Source: a virus (Duplodnaviria; Caudoviricetes). Taken from it: DNA of 56,832 nucleotides. The notes under the pieces were generated by a model. The model was not told where the DNA came from, made no database searches, and saw only the letters and a list, made by a program, of their open reading frames with translations. Positions 9,077 through 18,944 of the stretch are shown one piece after another (the stretch's first letter is position 1; every line of letters starts with the position of its first letter). A program made the translations under genes and the position numbers. The stretch lies in IMG/VR virus record IMGVR_UViG_3300001533_002366, positions 1-56,832 of that record. One strand, given 5' to 3'.

Positions 9077-10939
9077 TTAATATGTTGGCATTCCACCCAT
9101 TCCACCCATTCCTCCTGATTCCTCTTCTTCATTCGTTCCTTTCTCCAAATTCGTTTCAACTTCATATTTTTTAACTTCATCCCAATCAATAGATGAAAGA
9201 TATTTCTTTTTACTATATTCCCTCGGTATTCCAATTCTTTCTAATGTTTCTACTAGTGTTGCTAATTCACCCAAATATCTTGCCTCACGTTCATATTGTA
9301 ATGATTTGGGTGATGGAAGAGAAATAGATACATTATCTAAAATGTTTAGTGATTTTTCTGGTTCTATTATCCCATATACTTTTTCAATTAATTCATTAAT
9401 TTGTTGTGTAAAATATTTTTGATGAGAAACAACAGTCCTTGCAAATAAAATTGATTCTTCACTTAAAGCTGCTTTATTAGATATATTTTCTTCTAATCCA
9501 ATAAAACTCGGAGGTACTTGTAAACCAGCAATAATAGAATCTCTTACATATTTTAACTCATCTACTTTACTTCTAACATCTACATTTCCTTCTGTAAAAC
9601 CTGCTACATCTACATATGCTTTTCCATCTTTAGTGGGAATATATATATCTTCAAATGTACCAATCATGCTAGGAATTGTATCTACTGTACCAAAAGAATC
9701 CAAAGTTATTTTTCTAGAATTAAATGTTCTCTTTAAATCTTCTATTAACTTTCTGGCATCCCTTGGAAGACCCATTTCCACTGATATTTTTCTTTTTTCA
9801 GTAGATCTAGATAACCTTTGAATAGTTAGTGCTGTCTCCAAAGCAATTAACATTTTTGCCGAGAATTGAGCTGAATCAAATATAGATTCTCCATAAGGAA
9901 AGAATTTTGTAGATGGAATTTTAAAATGGACCATTTTATCTGGGGGAACATATCTAACTTTCAGAGATTTGTAGGAATCTTTAGTTGTTATCAGGATTCG
10001 AAGAATATCTTTTATATCATCAGTATTTTTAAGATTATCTAATTTAAGAGTTGGAATTTTCTTCTCTACATTTTGTAATATAGATAAACATAAAGAATTA
10101 ATCATTTCATCTTCAATAGTACCATACGGTGTAGAAATCTCTGGATATGGAAATACTAAATAACCAAAACAAATTGGAACTGTAGAACTTTGAAGTCTTA
10201 CTACCCTTTTTGGTTCATGATATAATAATGAAATATTATTAAGTTTTGTTTCCCCACTTTCTTTCTTAGATTCATCAAAACTTGAATAGTCAATACTTGC
10301 TTTAAGACCGCTATCTGTTATTATATTTTCAATACTGTTTTCTTCACCATTTGCATAATTAATAAGTGTTTCAGAAATCATTGATCTACTCGTAATAGCT
10401 GTTTTATGATCAGCAATTTCGCTAAAGAAATCTCCATATAGTAGAGTATTCTTTACAATCATATCTAAATATGATTCCAATTTCAGTGTTTTAATTACTT
10501 GTTGTACATGTCCCAATTCTGCTTCTGTTTCATCTTTATCTTCCAAAAATGATAGAGGTATGACATTGAGAGATACCTTTGTTATATCATCAGGGGAAAG
10601 AATATTATCTCTAAGAACATTAAGTGCTCTATTACAATAATTAATATTTGCTAAAATTGATTCATATGCTTTATAACGTCTAAGTCGATCTCCTTGACCA
10701 AGAGCTGCTGGACTAGATCCTTGACCTGACATTCCAGTAATACCACCAAGATCTATAGATGACGATATCGCAGATTTAGAAATAATAGTTTTTACAAGTT
10801 CTATATATCCATTACGTCCACTTTGTGTTTTATATGAAGAAATTCCTTTTATTGCATCATTTAATCTATCATCTATTTTTTTCGTAGTAGAACCAACTAC
10901 TGTTCTTTTTAAGTCATCAAATATATCTTTTATACTCAC
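9077..10939 (-). CDS. Portal protein (T4 gp20-like)
   Basis: YGD.F, HF.....PYGESI, LE.AL.I.R..R..E.R, EDIYIP, L.VP.S.I motifs; position in the head module. Confidence 0.85.
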   Translation of the reverse strand: MSIKDIFDDLKRTVVGSTTKKIDDRLNDAIKGISSYKTQSGRNGYIELVKTIISKSAISSSIDLGGITGMSGQGSSPAALGQGDRLRRYKAYESILANINYCNRALNVLRDNILSPDDITKVSLNVIPLSFLEDKDETEAELGHVQQVIKTLKLESYLDMIVKNTLLYGDFFSEIADHKTAITSRSMISETLINYANGEENSIENIITDSGLKASIDYSSFDESKKESGETKLNNISLLYHEPKRVVRLQSSTVPICFGYLVFPYPEISTPYGTIEDEMINSLCLSILQNVEKKIPTLKLDNLKNTDDIKDILRILITTKDSYKSLKVRYVPPDKMVHFKIPSTKFFPYGESIFDSAQFSAKMLIALETALTIQRLSRSTEKRKISVEMGLPRDARKLIEDLKRTFNSRKITLDSFGTVDTIPSMIGTFEDIYIPTKDGKAYVDVAGFTEGNVDVRSKVDELKYVRDSIIAGLQVPPSFIGLEENISNKAALSEESILFARTVVSHQKYFTQQINELIEKVYGIIEPEKSLNILDNVSISLPSPKSLQYEREARYLGELATLVETLERIGIPREYSKKKYLSSIDWDEVKKYEVETNLEKGTNEEEESGGMGGMGGMPTY

Positions 10940-10965
10940 AAAAGGAATCCTCCAATCTATTTATA

Positions 10966-11403
10966 CTATGAATTATTTTCTGCCAAATTATCCACTGCTG
11001 TTTTTCTAATTTCGTCGGTTTCAAATCTTGAGTTAAAATATTCAATAACATTAAACATAAGAGTTTCTTCGTCACCGAAAAAGTTTATTAAATTATTGTG
11101 TATAAATGGACCAATCATTCGTAAAAATAATAATCCAAACTGTTTTGAAACATTATTAAATTCCGAATCATTCATTTTTGTAGCTTCTAATGAATATATT
11201 AAAACACTATCTTTGTAAACAATATCATATGCTTTTTCAAGAAAATAATTAAAGAGAGTCAAAGTCTCTTGAGAATTATTAATATTCGCTAACTTTTCCT
11301 TATAATTAATAAACCTGATTAAAAATATAGAAAAACTAACAGAAGAAATAAATAAACAAAATAATGCAGTTATATATATTATTAGATTCATTTTTTTATT
11401 CAT
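10966..11403 (-). CDS. Hypothetical membrane-anchored protein
   Basis: N-terminal hydrophobic helix. Confidence 0.6.
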   Translation of the reverse strand: MNKKMNLIIYITALFCLFISSVSFSIFLIRFINYKEKLANINNSQETLTLFNYFLEKAYDIVYKDSVLIYSLEATKMNDSEFNNVSKQFGLLFLRMIGPFIHNNLINFFGDEETLMFNVIEYFNSRFETDEIRKTAVDNLAENNS

Positions 11404-11689
11404 CGGTTATTACACCAACTAATTCCCCCCCTTCAATTGTTGTACTTTGAACTTCTTTGTCTTCTATTGTAACCTTTTTCTCTTCTTTACTTTCTAAATC
11501 TTTTATCACAAATGACAGAATTGATCCTGGTTTTCCCACAAAACACCCAGACGTAGTTTCTATAATAAAAGTATTTGTCATCATAAAAGTTTTAGACAAC
11601 TCTTGAGAATATGAAAATAAATCAGAAGAATCATCATCTATTAATATAACATTTTCTTTTCTTCCCAAGACTATAGTTATTTCCTTCAT
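11396..11689 (-). CDS. Hypothetical protein
   Basis: ORF with RBS, operonic. Confidence 0.55.
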   Translation of the reverse strand: MKEITIVLGRKENVILIDDDSSDLFSYSQELSKTFMMTNTFIIETTSGCFVGKPGSILSFVIKDLESKEEKKVTIEDKEVQSTTIEGGELVGVITDE

Positions 11690-11711
11690 TGTTCAATTTC
11701 CTTTAATCTTC

Positions 11712-11987
11712 TTATAATTCTTCAACAATTACATCATGTTCATTAACTTTTATATCCTCTATAATAATATCTATCATTTTCTCTGACTTTTGATTTCCAG
11801 TATTAGATTTATTTATTTCTCTAATTGAATACCTAGAAATTCCCTCACTGTATAACATAACTTTTATCAAATTTAATTGTTTTAAATTAACAGTAGCTTT
11901 TAATGGAGTTCTTACTACCTTATTGTTTATGTATAATACATGGTTTGGTTCTTTTACATAAATTTCAAAATATTGTTTATTAGTCAT
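11712..11987 (-). CDS. Hypothetical protein
   Basis: ORF with RBS. Confidence 0.55.
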   Translation of the reverse strand: MTNKQYFEIYVKEPNHVLYINNKVVRTPLKATVNLKQLNLIKVMLYSEGISRYSIREINKSNTGNQKSEKMIDIIIEDIKVNEHDVIVEEL

Positions 11988-11999
11988 ATATTCCCTTAG

Positions 12000-12041
12000 A
12001 ACAAACGATCTTTAATAATATAAAATTAAAGATCGTTTGTT
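12000..12041. terminator. Inverted repeat / terminator
   Basis: AACAAACGATCTTTAAT...ATTAAAGATCGTTTGTT. Confidence 0.6.
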
Positions 12042-12067
12042 AAACTCATTATATTAATGTTAATAAA

Positions 12068-12889
12068 TTAAACTTGAATTTTTTCAGAATCTATTTCAAC
12101 TGGTTCCTCTTCTTCTTCCTCATCCTCATCCTCATCCTCATCCTCATCAATTTGTTCACTAAATATCTTAAAAGATTCTTCTACTTCTCCCTCTAATTCC
12201 TTATCTACGTCCAATTCCTCTTCTTCTTCCTCATCCTCATCTTCCTCTTTATCTGCTTGTTCTTTTAATTTGTTTACTTCTTCTTCCTCATCCTCATCCT
12301 CATCCTCATCTTCCTCTTTATCTGCTTGTTCTTTTAATTTGTTTACTTCTTTTTCTGTGACACCTGATCCTTCCCCATCATCTTCTCTATCAGGAATTGC
12401 TTTTTCGTCATCACCAGTTCCAGCTGCTTTTGTTCCAGCGCCCTCATCACCTTCTTCCTCCATTTCAGCTACCAGTTTCTCAATTATAGAATTCTCTATT
12501 TCTGTAGCTTCCGAAACATCTTCTTCTTCCTCTGCATCTTCTAAATCTTTTGTAGCCTTCTTAGGTGTTTCTTCTTGCTCCTGAACTGCTTTTTCTATCT
12601 CTTCCTTTGTCTTTTCAATATCTTCATCTGGAACTTCATCAATATCATTAGATTCAGCAGGTGGAGTATCCACTTCAATAGTAATACCATCGTCATTATC
12701 TTCATTGAAGTAATACCTTTCTAGAATACCTGATGCATCCTTGTGAGTAGGGAGTTCCCCACCACCTTTATATGATACTATTCCATCTACAAACGGACCT
12801 TTCAGATCTACAGTATCTGTAGTATCACCATCAGTCGAACCATTTATAGCTTCTTTCAGTAAGTCTATATATTGTTTTTTTCTTGACAT
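12068..12889 (-). CDS. Highly acidic protein (possible prohead scaffold/core)
   Basis: D/E-rich; internal duplication of EVNKLKEQADKEEDEDE; preceded by the AGAACAAATA motif. Confidence 0.65.
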   Translation of the reverse strand: MSRKKQYIDLLKEAINGSTDGDTTDTVDLKGPFVDGIVSYKGGGELPTHKDASGILERYYFNEDNDDGITIEVDTPPAESNDIDEVPDEDIEKTKEEIEKAVQEQEETPKKATKDLEDAEEEEDVSEATEIENSIIEKLVAEMEEEGDEGAGTKAAGTGDDEKAIPDREDDGEGSGVTEKEVNKLKEQADKEEDEDEDEDEEEEVNKLKEQADKEEDEDEEEEEELDVDKELEGEVEESFKIFSEQIDEDEDEDEDEEEEEEPVEIDSEKIQV

Positions 12890-12978
12890 AATTAAATTCC
12901 TCCCTTATTTACGAATTACTATCCTTTTAAATTTTTTATTTGTTCTGGGGAAAAATACTAATTAACGACGGAACTGTT

Positions 12979-14469
12979 CTAAATTCCCTTTCCCCTTTTT
13001 CCTAATGAAATCATATCACCAGTATCCTCATTTTTTCCCATTGATGAAAATGATAAATTTATAAATTTATACTTATTAAAATCTACTTTAAATTTTAATG
13101 AAACATTTGATTTTCCAGATCTATTTTTACCAACTCTCATATGTACAATACTATCATCTGAAACATCTTTCCCTAAAAGACATACAAAATCAGAATGTTC
13201 AATCTTTTTAATTGATTCACCAACTTGATCTACATTTAATTTTTCTGCTCCATCTATTCTATAAGCTGACCGTCCTAACTGAGTTGCCGTAATTACAGGA
13301 ATATTATATTCTACCGCCAATACTTTTAATGATAATGTTATATGACCTAATTCTAATCTATACATATCATATTTAGTATCAACAGAGAGTAAATCCAAAT
13401 AATCGACATATATTCCTTTTATTGCATCTTTTCCATATTCCATGATTGCATCATCAATGACCATTGCTAAATCTACAGCACTAATTGACATTGCTGGAAA
13501 ATACTTCATTATAATAGTAGCTCCATTTTTTCTTAATTCATCTTTAATTCTACTTTGTATATTAACTTTAGCAGCAATATCCTGTACAGCTTCAGTTGTA
13601 GTCTTATTAAATAGTGGTTGATACGTTCTCATTATTAATGATTCTTCTATTGTATTCTCTAATGTTATATAAATATAAACTTTATTTATCCCATCTTTAT
13701 TTGTTAAATCCATATTATCATTACGAACTAAAGTTGGTTGTAGAGCAGAACGAATAATCATATTATTTATAAGAGTGGATTTCCCTGAACCAGATCCTCC
13801 AGCAACTAAATATAATCTGGATGGTTCAAATCCTCCATGGAGAACTCCATTATCAAGAGTTTTAAAACCAGTAGATGTAGAATTAGACCTATCATATTTC
13901 TTAATAAATGTTTCAATTACTGAATTATAATCATCTTTTGTTAAGTCAATAGATGATACAGATTCAATATTAATAATTCGATTACTTTCTGCAAGATTAG
14001 AATACATCTTTTTAACAACGACTTCATAATCCTCTACTAAATTATCAATAGAATCAAACGAACCATCTTTAATTGATTCTAATAAAGTTTCCATTTCGTC
14101 ATAATTAGAAAATAAAAAGTTTACTTTCTTTCGTAATCTAACTTGCCGAACTAAGCTATCAAGAGTTATATCGTTTAATTTTTCTTTTGATTTCTGTTCC
14201 AGAAATCCTCTATATTGTTTAAATTTTTCACTAAAAGTTACACTATCAAGAATCGAATCTATTTGTTTATTTTCCAAAAACATAGTACAAATTTGCTGTA
14301 AACATTGAGTTTTATTTTTTACGGCAAGTGGTATATCTATCTTTTCCTTATTTTCGTAATATTGAAGGATCGATAGTATATCCCGAAATAATGTTTTATC
14401 CCGTCTAATTTTTGGATTATCTGTTAATATTAAAGAAAAGCAAGAATTCAAAAAGAAATCTGTAATCAT
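12979..14469 (-). CDS. Replicative DnaB/gp41-like helicase
   Basis: TGF..LD, Walker A GGSGSGKS, ITLE, VDYLDL, TATQL.R, KNRSG. Confidence 0.9.
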   Translation of the reverse strand: MITDFFLNSCFSLILTDNPKIRRDKTLFRDILSILQYYENKEKIDIPLAVKNKTQCLQQICTMFLENKQIDSILDSVTFSEKFKQYRGFLEQKSKEKLNDITLDSLVRQVRLRKKVNFLFSNYDEMETLLESIKDGSFDSIDNLVEDYEVVVKKMYSNLAESNRIINIESVSSIDLTKDDYNSVIETFIKKYDRSNSTSTGFKTLDNGVLHGGFEPSRLYLVAGGSGSGKSTLINNMIIRSALQPTLVRNDNMDLTNKDGINKVYIYITLENTIEESLIMRTYQPLFNKTTTEAVQDIAAKVNIQSRIKDELRKNGATIIMKYFPAMSISAVDLAMVIDDAIMEYGKDAIKGIYVDYLDLLSVDTKYDMYRLELGHITLSLKVLAVEYNIPVITATQLGRSAYRIDGAEKLNVDQVGESIKKIEHSDFVCLLGKDVSDDSIVHMRVGKNRSGKSNVSLKFKVDFNKYKFINLSFSSMGKNEDTGDMISLGKRGKGI

Positions 14470-14486
14470 ATATTTTATTCCTTCAT

Positions 14487-15872
14487 TTAAATTTTAAATA
14501 ACTTATCATCCATCTGTTCTAATGAAGAAAATTCATCCTTAGCTAAACGTTTCATTACAACATCTTTACAATTATCTTCATCCAATGATGTTAGTAAATC
14601 CATACTACGTCGAACACTTAATGATTTAACCATATGTTTTCTTGATAATTTTCCTTGGTTTAGAATTTTTGTGACTTGATCTAGACGACTAACAAATTCT
14701 CCAAAATCACCACTCTCATAAAATTCATATATTTCTTCAGATGCTCCCTTTAAAAAGTTTTGTACTACACTATAAAAATCTAACATATATAACATAGAAT
14801 AAATTTTTACATCATCATAAAATGTTTTAGTCATGGGATCATATACACCTTTTAAATCAATCTTCTTTAAATTCCATTTATTTGCTAATGTATTTAATAT
14901 CTCACTATAAACATCTATGACTTTTAATTTATTTGAAAACCTAGAATTTAAATTGTTACTTCTAAGGTCTATTTTCTTTAGAAGTCCATTATCAAATAGA
15001 TTTAGATATCTTCCAATCATTAAACCTTTAAAAAGTCCAGAAGAATCATATGAAAATGTTAAATCAATATCATGAACTTTTTTTACATGGAGTTGAAATA
15101 ATTCATAAAAGAATACATCTCTATAACTAGCTCCACCAAGAATGTGGAAATTAAAATGTTTTCTTCCTCGTTCCTTTGCTCTTCTTAATAATGGAACAAG
15201 TGGCAATATATAAAGAATATATGGAATTCTTGTATCAGATGCCATATTTGCAACAATTCCACCAGTTGAAAAGTTTTCAAATTTATCAAACATATCATCA
15301 CTATCCAAAATTTTGGTAAATATATTCCATAAAACTGGACTTCTAAAATGATGAATATAAACCATTTTTTGACGAATATGATCTGGTAAATTTTTTGCAA
15401 GGGTATATGTTTGAAAATTCCAATCCTCTATTTCACCATAATTTTTAAATATTTTACAACCTGGACCTGGTGGTAAATCAAGAACGAATGCTCTATCGAA
15501 TAATTCATATTTTTCATTTAAAAATTGATGATATATTTTAATTAAATTACTTGTTTCATCTCTATTAATTTTTCCAATACTAGCTTGAAATCCTCCACTA
15601 TCTATTATAAATAAAGAATCTTTAAAATAACCAAAATCTCTACACTTCTTTATAAGCTTTCCTTCTTGCTCTACATACTTATCATATGTCTTTTTACCAG
15701 TAAAGTTTTGACCAAATCCATGAAGAAAACCATAACATGTATTACTTAATAAATTCGCTATATCTTCTGTTTTAAAATGATTGTCAAAACTATCTCTTAC
15801 AGTATTATATTGAAAATTATAAAGTAATGTTGCAAGGGTTTCAAAACCCGCTAAAACATATCCCGATTTCAT
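14487..15872 (-). CDS. tRNA-guanine transglycosylase-like protein (DpdA-like DNA 7-deazaguanine insertase)
   Basis: TGT-fold motifs IIDSGGFQ, VLDLPP, GG, FHILG, SYDSS; queE and queC homologs in the same window. Confidence 0.7.
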   Translation of the reverse strand: MKSGYVLAGFETLATLLYNFQYNTVRDSFDNHFKTEDIANLLSNTCYGFLHGFGQNFTGKKTYDKYVEQEGKLIKKCRDFGYFKDSLFIIDSGGFQASIGKINRDETSNLIKIYHQFLNEKYELFDRAFVLDLPPGPGCKIFKNYGEIEDWNFQTYTLAKNLPDHIRQKMVYIHHFRSPVLWNIFTKILDSDDMFDKFENFSTGGIVANMASDTRIPYILYILPLVPLLRRAKERGRKHFNFHILGGASYRDVFFYELFQLHVKKVHDIDLTFSYDSSGLFKGLMIGRYLNLFDNGLLKKIDLRSNNLNSRFSNKLKVIDVYSEILNTLANKWNLKKIDLKGVYDPMTKTFYDDVKIYSMLYMLDFYSVVQNFLKGASEEIYEFYESGDFGEFVSRLDQVTKILNQGKLSRKHMVKSLSVRRSMDLLTSLDEDNCKDVVMKRLAKDEFSSLEQMDDKLFKI

Positions 15873-16099
15873 TATGCCTCCCTAAATACTCTTGGTTTCA
15901 CACTTATTGTAATGTATCTATTTTCCCCTGGTTCTTTTTCCATAAAACCATCTCTCTGTGTTTCCTTTACATCAACAGATGTAATAAGTTCAAGATCCAT
16001 GTTATCATTTTCCACTACTTCTTTAAAAAACTTTTTTACTATTTTATATACTTGTGCTTTGCGTTTTCGAACTTCTATTATATCTTCTTTGCTTTCCAC
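15872..16099 (-). CDS. Hypothetical protein
   Basis: GTG-start ORF with GGGGT RBS and promoter motif A; TAATG-coupled to the next gene. Confidence 0.55.
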   Translation of the reverse strand: MESKEDIIEVRKRKAQVYKIVKKFFKEVVENDNMDLELITSVDVKETQRDGFMEKEPGENRYITISVKPRVFREA

Positions 16100-16158
16100 T
16101 CTAATTACCCCCTTTTATATTTGTTCTTAATAATTGTATTACGTTCATATTTTTTATT

Positions 16159-16545
16159 TTATTCTATTTGACGGATCTGTCGAAATATTGTATTTTCAAG
16201 TGTTCTAACTATATAATGAAGAGATTCTTGTACTCTATCCTCTGGATGAATTTCATTCACTAAACATGTCAAAGGAGCTAATAGTAGTTCAGTCACTTCA
16301 TGAAATGCAGACACCCTAATCATAAATTCTGCTGAGTTAAGATCATAAGTATCATTCCATTCTGTATTTAAGGATATAGCAGCAAATCTATTAGAAACAT
16401 TCCACACTATTGAAGCCCGAGTAAGATTACCATTATCTATAAATTCCCAATTCGTAGAAACATACCAATCTTTTAATCCATAATAATCTAACCAAAACAT
16501 AACCTCTTCTTGAAATAATTTAAAATGCTCTTCCGTTGTTTTCAT
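16159..16545 (-). CDS. Hypothetical protein, possible metallopeptidase-like fold
   Basis: AFHEVTE (HExxH-like) motif. Confidence 0.45.
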   Translation of the reverse strand: MKTTEEHFKLFQEEVMFWLDYYGLKDWYVSTNWEFIDNGNLTRASIVWNVSNRFAAISLNTEWNDTYDLNSAEFMIRVSAFHEVTELLLAPLTCLVNEIHPEDRVQESLHYIVRTLENTIFRQIRQIE

Positions 16546-17245
16546 GAATGTCTTCCCCTCTTAATTCTGTTTTGAATTGTTGTATTGTTTTTCCAGTTCT
16601 TAATTCGGCAAGTTCCCATGTATATTGATATAAATGCAATCCCTTTGAATAGCATATAAAAGGTCCTGGTTCTACTCCAATTTCCATTGCCATATATTCT
16701 TTTAACATTTGAATACCACCAAGATTAGCTGGAAAACCAGCCCATAAATCCCAACTTCGAAAATATGTATAAAAAATTAATTTATTATCTTTAATCCTCA
16801 TATCTATATGTCTAAGACAAGGTGGATCATTTAATTTATAATCTTCTGGTCTTGCAACCTGTAAAATAGCTTGATTTGTATTTGGTGTTTTCTTTAATAA
16901 TTCTATAAAATGTGGAATTTGAGAATAGATTCTTTCACCATATGTATAATCTTCATTCTCAGCCTTATTTGGTGTCATAAGATATGGAAGATATTGTTCT
17001 ATATATCCTTCTTGAACTGGATTCGGAATTCCATATTGTGAAGGTATGTCTGGTTCAAGTGGTCTTGTTTCTGGATGTTTAATATAAACTGTAATAGAAT
17101 CAAACTCTAATCTTGATTGTCCAACCCAAGAACCATGTTGAATTTTATAATTAAATCCACTATCTAATATTTTATAAATGCAAGTAAACCATGCATCTGG
17201 AATATCTCTACATGTTACCTCTACTATTTTCATAAATCTCCTCAT
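16520..17245 (-). CDS. thyA: Thymidylate synthase (short, archaeal-type ThyA family)
   Basis: YTYGERI, catalytic PPCL, FRSWD, FPAN (Asn, dUMP specificity), HLY. Confidence 0.8.
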   Translation of the reverse strand: MRRFMKIVEVTCRDIPDAWFTCIYKILDSGFNYKIQHGSWVGQSRLEFDSITVYIKHPETRPLEPDIPSQYGIPNPVQEGYIEQYLPYLMTPNKAENEDYTYGERIYSQIPHFIELLKKTPNTNQAILQVARPEDYKLNDPPCLRHIDMRIKDNKLIFYTYFRSWDLWAGFPANLGGIQMLKEYMAMEIGVEPGPFICYSKGLHLYQYTWELAELRTGKTIQQFKTELRGEDIHENNGRAF

Positions 17246-17249
17246 TTAT

Positions 17250-17606
17250 TTATTTACGTTTATTCCATTTAATTTGATTACTAATAGCAAATCCCCAATT
17301 TACAGTACCATACGTTGCTAATAGTGCCTTTCTATATTCTGGAAAAATGTGAGCAATTGTTAACCCCAAAATCGTAGTAAAAGAAAAGTAGAAAGCTAAT
17401 TTTAGATCTGAAGGATGTTTATCTAAAATTGGATTTATTTCATACCACCCATCTCTATCTAAATTTCTTTCTGTAGTTAACATATCTGCAGCATGTCCCA
17501 AAAGAAAATATCCAGCATATATTTTGTCTTCTTTTGTCCATTTAATTGGAGTTGCACAACTTGTAAACAAAAAAATACATAATATAATTATTACTAATTT
17601 TTTCAT
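17250..17606 (-). CDS. Predicted lipoprotein / membrane protein
   Basis: Lipobox FTSC after a hydrophobic signal; further hydrophobic segments; E.NP motif. Confidence 0.55.
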   Translation of the reverse strand: MKKLVIIILCIFLFTSCATPIKWTKEDKIYAGYFLLGHAADMLTTERNLDRDGWYEINPILDKHPSDLKLAFYFSFTTILGLTIAHIFPEYRKALLATYGTVNWGFAISNQIKWNKRK

Positions 17607-17908
17607 GATGAAACACTTACTCCTGTAAACTCATTCTCATCATACTCATCGAGAACTCCATAGATCTCATCAAATTTTAATACTTTCATTATATTTCTAT
17701 CTAATAAAATATCTTGACCAGCAAATTGTGCAAAAAGAACTACATCTCCAACATTTAATCCCTTGATATCAGTACCAATAGATACAACTTTTCCATAACC
17801 CTGTGGTTCATTAATAACATTCTCTGGTATGATAATTCCTCCTTTGGTCTGATCCCTTTTTATAACCTTTACTATTACTTTATCACTCAATGCCAAAATT
17901 GATTTCAT
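17603..17908 (-). CDS. groES: Co-chaperonin GroES
   Basis: L.DKVIV...TKGGIIIP...G.VV.IG...VGD.V.F..FAG. Confidence 0.9.
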   Translation of the reverse strand: MKSILALSDKVIVKVIKRDQTKGGIIIPENVINEPQGYGKVVSIGTDIKGLNVGDVVLFAQFAGQDILLDRNIMKVLKFDEIYGVLDEYDENEFTGVSVSS

Positions 17909-17911
17909 ATT

Positions 17912-18145
17912 CTATTCTCCTTTTTTTGGTTTTAAATTTAATTTTCTCTCCTCTCTTAATCGTCTTAATTTTGCAATTGCCATTTTTCTTTTCTTTCTAT
18001 CACTTGGCTTTCTGTAGTACATATTTTCTCGAACATCTATTAGAATACCACTTTTCATATACTTTTTTCTAAATCTCTTAAATAATTGACCAATAGGTTC
18101 CCTATCTCTTAATACTACAGCAACCCCATTTAACATTTCCTCCAT
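17912..18145 (-). CDS. rpsU: Ribosomal protein bS21
   Basis: E.I..L.KRFRKK..KSGIL..VRE..YY.KPS..KKRK. Confidence 0.85.
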   Translation of the reverse strand: MEEMLNGVAVVLRDREPIGQLFKRFRKKYMKSGILIDVRENMYYRKPSDRKKRKMAIAKLRRLREERKLNLKPKKGE

Positions 18146-18155
18146 TTACTCCTCC

Positions 18156-18851
18156 TTATATAAATCCATATATTATATGACTTCTTGTAGAAAAATTTAC
18201 TTTATATTTCTCACACATATCAAATACTTCTCCTGAATGTTTTATTAACTTTTCTATCGTATCTCCTTCTGGCATTAAATATATATGTTCTGTATTACCA
18301 TTATTAATTCTTATTAATTCCTCCAAATATTGATGTATAAGATCATTATTTTCATATACAATTTTAAAATAAACTCTTTTATCTTTTAGAACTGCTTCAG
18401 ATAATTCCAAATTAGTTTTTAATTCCTCAGAACTAAATATCTTTGGTGAATATATAAATTTTATATTATCTTCTTGTGTATCTTTAATAAATGAAGTTAA
18501 ATTACACCCATTTGTTTCTACATTTGCATACGGATAAATAAGTTCATTTAACATTAATAATGATTCATTGTAATTGTTACTATAACCAGGTTCTCCTCCT
18601 GTAATCATAATTCCACATTTAGTATTATACAATGTTGTTTGTAGATCTTGTAATGTAAGTGACATTTTATTAGAGATAGACATGGTAACTAATGTATCAC
18701 AATATTCACATGGATGACCATTTGCAACTCTATCACATTCCTTAAATCTTATTAACATCATTCTTCTACCAGCATCAGGTCCCTCTCCCTGCATAGTAAT
18801 AAATGAATGAATTGGATGAATAGTTTGATCTTCATTAAATTCTACACTCAT
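18156..18851 (-). CDS. queE: 7-carboxy-7-deazaguanine synthase-like radical SAM protein
   Basis: F.T.QGEG...G, IRF..C, C..CDT, ITGGEP, VETNG, SPK, LMPEG, R.H. Confidence 0.8.
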   Translation of the reverse strand: MSVEFNEDQTIHPIHSFITMQGEGPDAGRRMMLIRFKECDRVANGHPCEYCDTLVTMSISNKMSLTLQDLQTTLYNTKCGIMITGGEPGYSNNYNESLLMLNELIYPYANVETNGCNLTSFIKDTQEDNIKFIYSPKIFSSEELKTNLELSEAVLKDKRVYFKIVYENNDLIHQYLEELIRINNGNTEHIYLMPEGDTIEKLIKHSGEVFDMCEKYKVNFSTRSHIIYGFI

Positions 18852-18944
18852 TTTTCACTCCTTTCTATTATTGTTAAAATTCAAAAAATTTACAAAAAAA
18901 GAAGACCATTTAGTCTTCTTTTTATATGATTATTTGTTCTCCTA

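Noticed and set aside
12270-12584. Ser-rich plus-strand ORF and other short antisense or overlapping ORFs in the track (e.g. 2677-3699, 5586-6659, 28330, 31944, 48052)
   Set aside because: These are shadow frames of well-supported genes on the opposite strand or in another frame, with no RBS.
16520-17245. dCMP hydroxymethylase rather than thymidylate synthase
   Set aside because: The specificity residue is Asn (FPAN), which fits dUMP; a dUMP hydroxymethylase cannot be fully excluded without phylogeny.
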